Shown piece after piece: positions 56,044-64,000 of a DNA stretch of 64,000 bases. The DNA lies in contig CAZHEE010000002.1 of assembly GCA_964531715.1 (NCBI GenBank), positions 97,676 through 161,675 on the forward strand, given 5' to 3'. The notes below the pieces were generated by a model that was given only the letters and a program-made list of their open reading frames with translations, ran no database searches and was not told the origin of the DNA. Origin of the DNA: an uncultured Micavibrio sp. GTDB taxonomy: Bacteria; Pseudomonadota; Alphaproteobacteria; Micavibrionales; UBA1664. The first letter of the stretch is position 1. Each line of letters begins with the position of its first letter. The translations under genes were made by a program, and so were the position numbers.

Positions 56044-56961
56044 TTAGCCAAAATCGTCATAAATAGCCTTAATGCCGGATTTGTAATCGGGATATTTGAG
56101 TGTAATGCCTAGCTTATCCTTGATTTTTGTATTATCGACACGTTTGTTATCTTTATAAAAGCTTGCCGCCATAGGGGACATGTCCGCCTCCTCATAATCA
56201 ATCATTGGCGGGACAGGCTTTCCCAATAGTTTACATGCATAATCAATCAGCTCATGACTCTGCGCCGGATTATCATCCGCCAGATTATAGATATCGCCCG
56301 GTTTCGGTTGTTTCATTGAGGCAATCAAAACCTGTACAATGTCATCGACATGAATGCGGTTAAAAGCATGCCCATCCTTTTTTATCCGTCTGGTCACACC
56401 TGCGCGAACCGTATCAAGGGCGGATCGACCCGGGCCGTATATCCCTGAAAGCCTGAAAATATTAATCGGAATTTGGGCTATGCGGCGCATCTTCAGCCAC
56501 TGAACCTCGGCACGCGCACGCTTGCTTCCGCGTTCTGATGTCGGGCGGCGTTCGCTTTCCTCATCGACCGTTCTGCCATCCTGATTACCGTAGACGGATG
56601 TTGAGGAAAGCAAGCCAATCCATTCAATTGAAGTAACCTGCAAGATATCTCTGGCATGGGTTTGAAATATGATATCCCCGCCTTTATTGGGTGGAACGGA
56701 AATCAGAATATGAGTGACGCCTTCAAAAGCCATAACAGGGTCAGTAAATGGTATTTTATCGGAAAAAAGAAACGCCTTTACCCCTTTTTTACGCATTTCT
56801 TTCAGCTTATCTTTATCGGTTGTAGTGCCGATAATGTCCCAATCCTCAGTATCTTCCTGTAATTTTGTAGCGAGAGCCTCGGCAACATAGCCGTAACCGA
56901 AACAAAAAAGTTTCTTTTTTTGATTATGTGCATCTTCGATTATGTCCATTTCTTTTTCCAT
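56044..56961 (-). CDS. NAD-dependent epimerase/dehydratase (SDR) family protein
   Basis: 305 aa. Rossmann-like FCFGYGYVAEALA and the extended-SDR pattern SSTSVYG. Confidence 0.6.
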   Translation of the reverse strand: MEKEMDIIEDAHNQKKKLFCFGYGYVAEALATKLQEDTEDWDIIGTTTDKDKLKEMRKKGVKAFLFSDKIPFTDPVMAFEGVTHILISVPPNKGGDIIFQTHARDILQVTSIEWIGLLSSTSVYGNQDGRTVDEESERRPTSERGSKRARAEVQWLKMRRIAQIPINIFRLSGIYGPGRSALDTVRAGVTRRIKKDGHAFNRIHVDDIVQVLIASMKQPKPGDIYNLADDNPAQSHELIDYACKLLGKPVPPMIDYEEADMSPMAASFYKDNKRVDNTKIKDKLGITLKYPDYKSGIKAIYDDFG

Positions 56962-56993
56962 GGCCTCTTATTAATCATATAAGTTTTACTTTG

Positions 56994-57662
56994 TCAAAAA
57001 TCAATTTGTGTATAATGAACTGATGGCGCAAATCCTGGAACTCTGTCCTCCAGCAAGGCCTTAAATGATGGGCGCGATTTCAGGCGCGAATACCATTCTT
57101 TTGCGACAGGGTGTGACTCCCACGGAACATCGCCCATATAATCGATTGCGGACAAATGTGCCGCCGCCGCCAGATCGGCGTAGCTTACTGAATCCCCTGC
57201 AAGCCAACGCCGCCGCTCGATAAGGAAAGCCAGATAATCGAGGTGATAATGAATATTGGCATGGCCGGCACGGACTGACGGGCCATGAGGCTCCCCCGAT
57301 TTTAAAAAGCGTTTCATCATCTTCTCGCCAATCAGATATTCAGTGACTTCGCGGTTGAATTTGACATCAAACCACCCGACAATACGTCGTACTTCAGCGC
57401 GGGAAACCGAGTCATCGCCCAACAGTGAAATTTCAGGATAGACCTCATCCAGATACTCGCAAATAACGGTCGAATTTGACAGGATTGTCCCATCCTCCTC
57501 AATCATCAAAGGCACATCGCCTGCCGGATTCATCGCCATATATTCCGTGCGCCGTTCCCATGTTTTTTCAATCACGGTTTCAAAGCGCAGGTTCTTCTCG
57601 GCAAGTGAAAGGCGCACTTTTCGTGAGAATGGATGAAGCCAAAGGTGAAACAGAGTTCTCAT
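56994..57662 (-). CDS. Glutathione S-transferase family protein
   Basis: 222 aa. Thioredoxin-like N-domain (FSRKVRLSLAEKNL, VPLMIEEDGTILSNSTVICEYL) and a helical C-domain. Confidence 0.75.
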   Translation of the reverse strand: MRTLFHLWLHPFSRKVRLSLAEKNLRFETVIEKTWERRTEYMAMNPAGDVPLMIEEDGTILSNSTVICEYLDEVYPEISLLGDDSVSRAEVRRIVGWFDVKFNREVTEYLIGEKMMKRFLKSGEPHGPSVRAGHANIHYHLDYLAFLIERRRWLAGDSVSYADLAAAAHLSAIDYMGDVPWESHPVAKEWYSRLKSRPSFKALLEDRVPGFAPSVHYTQIDF

Positions 57663-57746
57663 AACGCTTTAGATTATATGAAACATCCTTGAAAATATAG
57701 GGGGAAGATGAGAAGTCATGCTATCTTACGATTTTGCCTTTAGAGC

Positions 57747-58142
57747 TTAAATCTCTAAAGCTTTTTGAATATCCGCTTCTTGCGCTTTGCGCATTGAAAC
57801 CGTAACAATTTCCACTCCGATGACAGAAGCCGCGGCAATTATCTCCCGCCCGATACCGATTTCGATCGTGTCCATCATGCCATAGCCAAGAACAGGTTTT
57901 ATAATTGCTTCGCCTTTAACAAAGCTATCTTTCGCCGCCAGATATTTCGATAAAACAGTATCACTCATCTCGCCTTCCTCTTTGACATGACCTTGCCTAT
58001 CGAGCAATTCATGCGCGAATAATGATAATCTCCAAGCCTTCAAAATGACAGCAGGCGATAAACTCAGCTCGCCATATTTCTCGGGCGCGCTTCTCACAAC
58101 CTCATGGTCGATAAATGCCGGCGATTTGGTTTTAAGCAGCAT
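57747..58142 (-). CDS. Hypothetical protein
   Basis: 131-aa ORF with coding-like composition. No motif recognised. Confidence 0.4.
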   Translation of the reverse strand: MLLKTKSPAFIDHEVVRSAPEKYGELSLSPAVILKAWRLSLFAHELLDRQGHVKEEGEMSDTVLSKYLAAKDSFVKGEAIIKPVLGYGMMDTIEIGIGREIIAAASVIGVEIVTVSMRKAQEADIQKALEI

Positions 58143-58226
58143 AAGTGGTTATCTTTCGATTGATATTAAACTGACATTTCCATGATAATATTATATAGTT
58201 TTACAAAAGATTAAAGATGAAGGTGT

Positions 58227-58445
58227 ATGATTACAGCCATGGCCAAAAAACTTTCGATTAAAACCGCACAAAAACCTGCCCTTAATCCCGAGATAATTAA
58301 AGTCCCGAAAATGACTGATCAGGTCGCCTGCGATGGCGGGCATCCTGCCCTTGGTCATCCGCTCACCTATTATACATTTGATGGCGATCAGGATTATATT
58401 GAGTGCGGCTATTGCGATCGCAGATTTATCCGTGCATCAAAATAA
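58227..58445 (+). CDS. Zinc-finger (zf-CHCC, NDUFS6-like) domain protein
   Basis: 72 aa: VACDGGHPALGHPLTYYTF...IECGYCDRRFI. Confidence 0.6.
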   Translation: MITAMAKKLSIKTAQKPALNPEIIKVPKMTDQVACDGGHPALGHPLTYYTFDGDQDYIECGYCDRRFIRASK

Positions 58446-58472
58446 TTGATTTTTGCAAGCAATATCCTATAT
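58446..58472 (+). promoter_or_regulatory. Putative RpoH (sigma-32)-type heat-shock promoter of the hsp20 operon
   Basis: TTGA-N16-CCTATAT, compared with the alphaproteobacterial consensus CTTG-N17-CYTATNT. Confidence 0.4.
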
Positions 58473-58525
58473 ACTATTTGTAGATGAGGCGCCGCTTATA
58501 AGGGCTTCATTTTAAAACCATTAAC

Positions 58526-58546
58526 TTGCTCTAACAAAAAGAGGAG
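58526..58546 (+). promoter_or_regulatory. ROSE-like RNA-thermometer hairpin masking the hsp20 Shine-Dalgarno
   Basis: TTGCTCT-aacaaaa-AGAGGAG. The U(U/C)GCU motif pairs with the SD, leaving one unpaired G, 9 nt upstream of the ATG at 58555. Confidence 0.4.
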
Positions 58547-58554
58547 ATAATATT

Positions 58555-59037
58555 ATGAGTGCAAGATTGTCTTTATTTGATAGCCCGATGTTTCTGGGCT
58601 TTGACCATTTTGAGCGGACGATTGACCGTTTAAAGAAAACATCCGATGGGTACCCCCCGTATAATATCGAACAGATCAGTGAGAATCAGCTGCGCATCAC
58701 TTTAGCGGTGGCCGGTTTTACGATGGATGATTTGGATGTTGAGCTGGAACATAATCAGCTCACCGTTCGTGGTAAACAAACGGATGATGAAGTGGATGAG
58801 CGTATTTTCATTCATCGCGGCATTGCGGCACGGCAATTTCAGCGCAGTTTCGTTCTCGCCGACGGGATTGAGGTGACAGGCGCATCACTTGACAACGGGT
58901 TGTTGCATATTGATATGACACGGATTATCCCCGAACCTGAGGTTAAAAAAATTCAAATCTCGGGGAAGAAAAAGCCGAATGGTAAGGCACCGCCAGCAGA
59001 AGTGATAGACATGGCGGAGGATGGGAAGCATGAATAA
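58555..59037 (+). CDS. Small heat-shock protein (Hsp20/IbpA family)
   Basis: 160 aa. Alpha-crystallin domain: YPPYNIEQISENQLRITLAVAGF...LLHIDM. Confidence 0.9.
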   Translation: MSARLSLFDSPMFLGFDHFERTIDRLKKTSDGYPPYNIEQISENQLRITLAVAGFTMDDLDVELEHNQLTVRGKQTDDEVDERIFIHRGIAARQFQRSFVLADGIEVTGASLDNGLLHIDMTRIIPEPEVKKIQISGKKKPNGKAPPAEVIDMAEDGKHE

Positions 59038-59278
59038 TCCTGCCTCAAACCCTCTTGACCACATTAAAATGCGGCTAGAGAGCCTGAATAATACTGAGTT
59101 TATGGCTTTCGGTCTCGATGGATTAAGCTATATTAAGCCAATTAATGACCCTGATGATTTGGGGTCTTCCTACGCGCTATACAGTGCAAATGGAAGGCAA
59201 ATTGCTGTCGGACATGATGTTAATGTGCTGAAAGCCACCGCGTTACAGCAGGCTCTCATCCCGATGGTTGTTCATTAG
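59021..59278 (+). CDS. DUF1150-like protein
   Basis: 85 aa. Overlaps the hsp20 3' end. GLSYIKPI...YALYSANGRQIAV pattern and the usual position after alphaproteobacterial hsp20. Confidence 0.5.
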   Translation: MGSMNNPASNPLDHIKMRLESLNNTEFMAFGLDGLSYIKPINDPDDLGSSYALYSANGRQIAVGHDVNVLKATALQQALIPMVVH

Positions 59279-60120
59279 GCTTTTTGCAAATACCTCAAAG
59301 ACAACAAATCAGTGTACTTAACATGATTGATAAGTCTCTTAGTCAAAAGTGGTTTGGGGTGATACCCTATCCCAAACCCTGCCGCCTCTAACATAGGCAA
59401 ATCATTTGCGCCATCGCCCACCGCCATAATCTGATGCGGCTTCAAGTTCATTGTGCTTTGAAGCTCTTTCAATTTCTCTTCCTTAAAACTCTTGTCTAAA
59501 ATTGGTAAGCCGACTTCTCCATTAAGAGTTTGAGTATTCTCATCCGCCAGTAATCTATTCCCGAAATGGGCATCAAACCCTAAATCTTTCGCGACTTGAG
59601 CCGTAAATTGCGTAAATCCTCCTGATATCAAAACACAATAAACATTGTGGCTTTTGAGATAATTTAGAAGTTCCCGTGCACCTTGATTATAAGCCATTTC
59701 ATTCATAACTTCTTCAATCAAGGTGGCAGGCTGCCCTTTTAAAAGCGCGACCCGCTTGCGCAAGGCGGACTCGAAATCCAATTCACCGCGCATCGCTTTT
59801 TCCGTGATAGTGGCGACCTGCGCGCCTATGCCTGCCGCCTCTGCCATATCATCCAATGTTTCGCCTTGAACAATCGTTGAGTCCATATCGGCAAGAAACA
59901 AACGGATATCGGGCTTATGCTCATAGTAAAACACATCAAAACGAAATGTCCGCCTGATCACATCCAACGTTTTTTTTGAGATTGCTTCACTGATATTCCA
60001 ACGCACGGCGCGGTCGTCCAAAACTTCGCGGTTAATAATTCCAATATCGGGAAAAGCCTGCTTCACCGGAATATCAAAATCAGGGACAGGTTGCGGCGTG
60101 ACAAAAATGAGATAAGGCAT
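59275..60120 (-). CDS. serB: Phosphoserine phosphatase
   Basis: HAD motifs [10 protein letters not shown] (DxDST), [15 protein letters not shown]. Start set at [10 protein letters not shown] (60120). Confidence 0.75.
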   Translation of the reverse strand: MPYLIFVTPQPVPDFDIPVKQAFPDIGIINREVLDDRAVRWNISEAISKKTLDVIRRTFRFDVFYYEHKPDIRLFLADMDSTIVQGETLDDMAEAAGIGAQVATITEKAMRGELDFESALRKRVALLKGQPATLIEEVMNEMAYNQGARELLNYLKSHNVYCVLISGGFTQFTAQVAKDLGFDAHFGNRLLADENTQTLNGEVGLPILDKSFKEEKLKELQSTMNLKPHQIMAVGDGANDLPMLEAAGFGIGYHPKPLLTKRLINHVKYTDLLSLRYLQKA

Positions 60121-60151
60121 TACCCTCCTATTGCACAGGAAAGGACGCGCC

Positions 60152-61288
60152 ATGACAATCACAAAACCCACTATAAAGCCTAATAATCCGAATTTTTCTT
60201 CAGGTCCATGCGCCAAAAGACCGGGATGGAGCCTTAAAGCCCTGGATGATGCCTGCTTGGGGCGATCTCACCGTTCGAAAGAAGGTAAGGCCAAGCTGAA
60301 ACAAGTGATTGAGAAACATCGCGCACTCCTCAAAATTCCTGATGATTATAAAATTGCGATTGTTCCCGCCTCTGATACCGGCGCGGTTGAAATGGCCATG
60401 TGGAGCATGCTAGGTGCAAGAGGCGTTGATGTTTTTGCTTGGGAGAGCTTCTCCAGTGATTGGCTTAAAGATGTTCAGAACCATTTAAAACTTAACGATT
60501 TCAATGCTTATCAGGCTGATTATGGGCATCTGCCTGATATGGGTCAGTATGACGGCAACCGCGATTGTGTCTTTGTCTGGAACGGCACAACATCGGGCGT
60601 GCGTATACCCAATGCCGATTGGATTTCGGATAATCGCGAGGGGCTGACCATTTGCGATGCGACCTCCGCTGTGTTTGCCTATGATATGCCTTGGTCAAAG
60701 CTCGATGTGACCACATGGTCATGGCAAAAAGTGCTGGGTGGTGAGGCCGCGCATGGCATGATTGTCCTGTCCCCTCGCGCGGTTGAACGGCTTGAGAATT
60801 ATACGCCTGACCGCCCTCTCCCAAAGATCTTCCGTATGACGAAAGGCGGCAAGCTCAACGAAGCCCTGTTTGAAGGCGCGACGATCAATACGCCATCCAT
60901 GTTGGCGGTTGAGGATTGTCTGGACGCACTAAATTGGGTCGAGAGCATTGACGGCTTAGATGCGACAATCAAACGCTCTCAAGCGAATTTTGAAGCGATC
61001 AGGACATGGGTTGAGGCAACGGAATGGGTTGATTTTTTAAGCAAAAAAGCGGAAACGCGTTCCATAACCTCTATTTGCCTCACGCTTCAAATACCTCCAA
61101 AGCAGGATGAGAAGGCGTTTATTAAGCAGCTTGTAACTTTATTAGATGATGAAGGTGTGGCGAAGGATATCGCATCCTATCGTGATGCCCCTGCGGGTTT
61201 GCGCATTTGGGGCGGTGCAACCGTTGAGACATCGGATATTCAGGCTCTCTTCCCATGGATTGAATGGGGATATGAGCGTCTTCAATAG
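60152..61288 (+). CDS. serC: Phosphoserine aminotransferase
   Basis: N-terminus [17 protein letters not shown]-lysine region [13 protein letters not shown]. Start set at the ATG at 60152. Divergent from serB. Confidence 0.8.
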   Translation: MTITKPTIKPNNPNFSSGPCAKRPGWSLKALDDACLGRSHRSKEGKAKLKQVIEKHRALLKIPDDYKIAIVPASDTGAVEMAMWSMLGARGVDVFAWESFSSDWLKDVQNHLKLNDFNAYQADYGHLPDMGQYDGNRDCVFVWNGTTSGVRIPNADWISDNREGLTICDATSAVFAYDMPWSKLDVTTWSWQKVLGGEAAHGMIVLSPRAVERLENYTPDRPLPKIFRMTKGGKLNEALFEGATINTPSMLAVEDCLDALNWVESIDGLDATIKRSQANFEAIRTWVEATEWVDFLSKKAETRSITSICLTLQIPPKQDEKAFIKQLVTLLDDEGVAKDIASYRDAPAGLRIWGGATVETSDIQALFPWIEWGYERLQ

Positions 61289-61295
61289 ACTTTTC

Positions 61296-61327
61296 GGCGA
61301 CACCCTCATGAGGGTGTCGCCTTTGTT
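61296..61327 (+). terminator. Rho-independent terminator of serC
   Basis: Perfect 11-bp stem GGCGACACCCT-catg-AGGGTGTCGCC followed by TTTGTT. Confidence 0.7.
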
Positions 61328-61561
61328 CTCAAAAAAACTTAAAAAATATGTTGCATAGGCCTATCAAATTATGTTTTCATTATTTTATGGTTAAACAAAT
61401 GGCAACAATTATTGTGCTTCTTCTCAACCTCCTCGTGGTGATTCCTCAGGAGGCCGAGCGCGTTTAACCAGATTTTTAAAATAAAACGTAATTCAGGCGC
61501 CTCTCTTAAAAAGACAGGCGCTTTTTTAATGATTAAAAACAAATGAAAGGAAAAGAAAAAA

Positions 61562-61819
61562 ATGGAAGCTTTTCAACTATCAGATGGTAAAATAACAACA
61601 AGACCTCTTCGGTCCACACCAGGTTTTGGCATTATAACAAGCGTGACGCCATTTGCAGATTTTGCAGGAGCTTGTCATCCTTCATTTCGCCAGACTGTTA
61701 TCGAACTAAAAAAAGCAGGTACTGATTTTTTTATGGCGGCAGGTACAAGGTGTATGGAAGGGCAACCTATGGGTATTCCCATTCCTGTAGAAGAGGCACC
61801 AATCGCAAGACCTATCTGA
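61562..61819 (+). CDS. Hypothetical protein
   Basis: 85-aa ORF with RBS AAAGGA upstream. Confidence 0.35.
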   Translation: MEAFQLSDGKITTRPLRSTPGFGIITSVTPFADFAGACHPSFRQTVIELKKAGTDFFMAAGTRCMEGQPMGIPIPVEEAPIARPI

Positions 61820-61829
61820 AAGATGAATT

Positions 61830-62297
61830 ATGAAACCAGATACACCTGAAATTCAAAACGCTTTTGAAGTTGAAACAGAAAAGCCTAGCGCGGAAAGTTT
61901 TATTCGCGCGGCAAAGAATCCCGTCATTATTATCACCGAGTCTGTTGCGGCATCTTGGGGATCAATGGCAAAATATCTCCTCGACACTTTTGAAGGTGTT
62001 TCCATTGTTTTTGAAAGCGATAAGGCTGAAAGAGATTTCAGGCAAACTGTCGGCGCAGAAAGACAACGTTTTGCAAATGTCTATAAAGGTATTTGCGATA
62101 CTAATATTACACCAGGTCAAGCGTCTGACCCTCTGTTCACTGCTTCTGATTGTCTAATCATTTTCGGTGAGCCTCAATTCTTGTGCCGTGCTTTACAAGA
62201 TTTGGAAACACCATTGCGCCCTATTTTCTATAATAAGGAAAAAGGTCAAAGACCATCATTGAGCGTGGCGAAACTTGCACTAAATTATAGGCAATGA
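61830..62297 (+). CDS. Hypothetical protein
   Basis: 155-aa ORF starting 10 nt after the previous ORF. Confidence 0.4.
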   Translation: MKPDTPEIQNAFEVETEKPSAESFIRAAKNPVIIITESVAASWGSMAKYLLDTFEGVSIVFESDKAERDFRQTVGAERQRFANVYKGICDTNITPGQASDPLFTASDCLIIFGEPQFLCRALQDLETPLRPIFYNKEKGQRPSLSVAKLALNYRQ

Positions 62298-62325
62298 TTA
62301 AAACACGAAGGTAATTCTTAGTAGT

Positions 62326-62363
62326 GGATTACAGGTATTTGCTTCGCAAAACCTGCAATGACG
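62326..62363. repeat. Solo hairpin of palindromic family A (right-end type)
   Basis: GGATTACAGGT-loop-ACCTGCAATGACG. Same stem variant as 100..141, with one mismatch. Confidence 0.75.
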
Positions 62364-62383
62364 ATTTAAGAAAGCTACTTCTT

Positions 62384-62445
62384 TACCTCTATTTTCCTCT
62401 GTAGTTCAAACCCTAAAGACCCCGCATTAAATGCGGGTTACATTG
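62384..62445. repeat. Dispersed repeat family E, copy 3
   Basis: TACCTCTATTTTCCTCTGTAGTTCAAACCCTAAAGACCCCGCATTAAATGCGGGTTACATT aligns with 13061..13130 and 1..50. Confidence 0.6.
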
Positions 62446-62605
62446 ATTATATCTATTTTGACCTATGTCGTGACAAATTGCTGTTACTCGTGGATAAAAT
62501 ATATGATTTTCCTTTGATTGTGTAGGCAATTTAGCCCTCACACTTTCGAAAGGGGTTCGTTTTTAAATTTATATTAAGCTAATATTGAAATCGCAAGAAG
62601 AAACC

Positions 62606-63202
62606 CTACTGTCCCAAGGCCTTCAAAACCACCTCAGGGTCTACACCTGTATCTGTATTCCCGATAATTTTGGTTTGTGAAACAACCTCAGCTTCTTCTT
62701 CTGTCGGGATAACAGCAATATCATTATCCATTGTTTCAATAATAAAAGTTTCACCACCAGCGGCAGGTTGCACGGCGTTGAGTGCCGCAGGGTCGGCAGT
62801 CATATTATTCCATGTGACTGTATCGTCAGCCGGCGCGGTCATAGTATCAGTCACACCATTTTCATTGATTGTGATGTTAATCGGTGCAGTTGCCGTTTGG
62901 GGTTCGGTCAAATTCGCCTGTGGCACTGCCACTTCGGGCGCTGTCGGTGCGGTTGGCGTAACGGGAGCCAATACGGTTGTCACTGGCGCAATTTCTGCCT
63001 CATTAGCAATATCACCGACTTGGGTAACGTTGTTCGTAATATCGGCAGAGCGATTATTATCCAGTTCAAGCGCGATAAAACCCGTATGATTTTGTAAGTT
63101 CTCAACATTCAGAACATCATAATTCTGCTCTGACATTTGGGCGATAGCCGGTGCAATATTTATGAGCGCTATTGCCGCGGCAGATAATAGTAACTTATTC
63201 AT
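62606..63202 (-). CDS. Secreted acidic Thr/Ala/Pro-rich protein
   Basis: Start set at MNKLLLSAAAIALINIAPAIAQ (63202), preceded by the RBS AAGGAG. Signal-peptide-like N-terminus. Confidence 0.45.
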   Translation of the reverse strand: MNKLLLSAAAIALINIAPAIAQMSEQNYDVLNVENLQNHTGFIALELDNNRSADITNNVTQVGDIANEAEIAPVTTVLAPVTPTAPTAPEVAVPQANLTEPQTATAPINITINENGVTDTMTAPADDTVTWNNMTADPAALNAVQPAAGGETFIIETMDNDIAVIPTEEEAEVVSQTKIIGNTDTGVDPEVVLKALGQ

Positions 63203-63254
63203 TTTATTCTCCTTTTCCTTATTTCTGTTTAACCAACAACATACATTTATGCAA

Positions 63255-64000
63255 TTAGAAAAGTTCCTGAAGCATGCAACGCGCTGCACCGCCGCCGTAA
63301 AATTGTATTGTTCGCAAGTCAGGTGTTATAAAGCCATCAACATGCTTCAAATAATGGCTTTTCTGGCTATCATGCAATGAGTCAAATCCGGATTGCGACA
63401 TAATTACCATTTTCCTGTTTCCCTGCCCTGTCACCTCCAGCGCATTCCCCGCAAACGCCTGTATTTGAGCCATGTTTAACGTAATCACATCATGCGTTTC
63501 ATTCAGGCTGTCCATGACTTTATCACGATACTCATCTTTGATAGACTCAGCACAAATGGCGGCAAAATCTGTCCCGATATGCATCATAACGTCACTGTGA
63601 TAAATCGGGTCACCTGTGTGGCTTGCCGTTTCAAATAAATAAGGTTTATAGCCCATCATTTCGCACCATTGTGAGGCAAGGTCAGGGTCAGTCCGCGCAG
63701 AAAATGTCCCGTAAGCCCGCCTATTGACCCTATCCAGAATAAGGGAAGACAGGCCTTCAAGGCATTTATTATGAGCTTCATAATGGGACCAATCATGGGC
63801 AATATCATAATGCCGTGAGAGAGTTTCAATCATGGCGGGCGTTTTTTCCGCCGCGCGGTTTTCGGTCAACATCGGATAGAGTATCATCTGTCGTCCCTCA
63901 TGGGTTGAAAACCAATTCGGGAAAATATGATCGGGGCAGCCCTCAATCCCTTTTGCAACCGTCACGTGAACGCCTTCTTCAATTAATAAATTGACAAAGG
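63255..64000 (-). CDS. Amidinotransferase/arginine-deiminase-superfamily hydrolase (5' end outside the window)
   Basis: The frame stays open to the window edge. The C-terminus ...FYGGGAARCMLQELF carries the catalytic-Cys motif typical of this superfamily. Confidence 0.5.
   Translation of the reverse strand, partial: FVNLLIEEGVHVTVAKGIEGCPDHIFPNWFSTHEGRQMILYPMLTENRAAEKTPAMIETLSRHYDIAHDWSHYEAHNKCLEGLSSLILDRVNRRAYGTFSARTDPDLASQWCEMMGYKPYLFETASHTGDPIYHSDVMMHIGTDFAAICAESIKDEYRDKVMDSLNETHDVITLNMAQIQAFAGNALEVTGQGNRKMVIMSQSGFDSLHDSQKSHYLKHVDGFITPDLRTIQFYGGGAARCMLQELF

Overview
This 64-kb chromosomal window reads like a moderately AT-rich alphaproteobacterium. The evidence is gene content and synteny: DUF4167-prmC-prfA, rodZ-ispG, etfBA, hsp20 plus DUF1150, a CckA-like hybrid kinase, DUF2336, and flhB / flhF-flhG flagellar genes. 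About 60 protein-coding genes are supported. There are four intact tRNAs (Asp-GUC, Arg-ACG, Val-GAC, Ser-GGA) and one orphan 3' half of a tRNA-Thr. Two things stand out. (1) The window is peppered with nested-palindrome elements that share one grammar: hairpins of the form GTC-AT[stem]-loop-[stem']AT-CC, arranged as inverted pairs. In two places a 98-codon GIY-YIG nuclease gene sits exactly between a left and a right hairpin. An ORF-less 100-bp version is inserted in frame in prmC, and a related 69-bp palindrome is inserted in frame in a deaminase-like gene. One GIY-YIG copy is read as a single ORF with prmC. I interpret this as a GIY-YIG-associated palindromic mobile-element family with autonomous and miniature copies, which I do not recognise as a described system. 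(2) A 9.7-kb island bounded by 19-bp direct repeats is integrated at the 3' end of tRNA-Val. It carries a P4-type integrase, AlpA, unknown cargo, a second integrase remnant, and a ~3.1-kb single-chain Type IIG-like restriction-modification gene broken by two frameshifts at short homopolymer runs. The cargo includes an overlapping two-gene cassette behind a visibly G+C-richer structured leader. All functional calls rest on motifs and architecture read by eye; no database search, HMM or folding program could be run.
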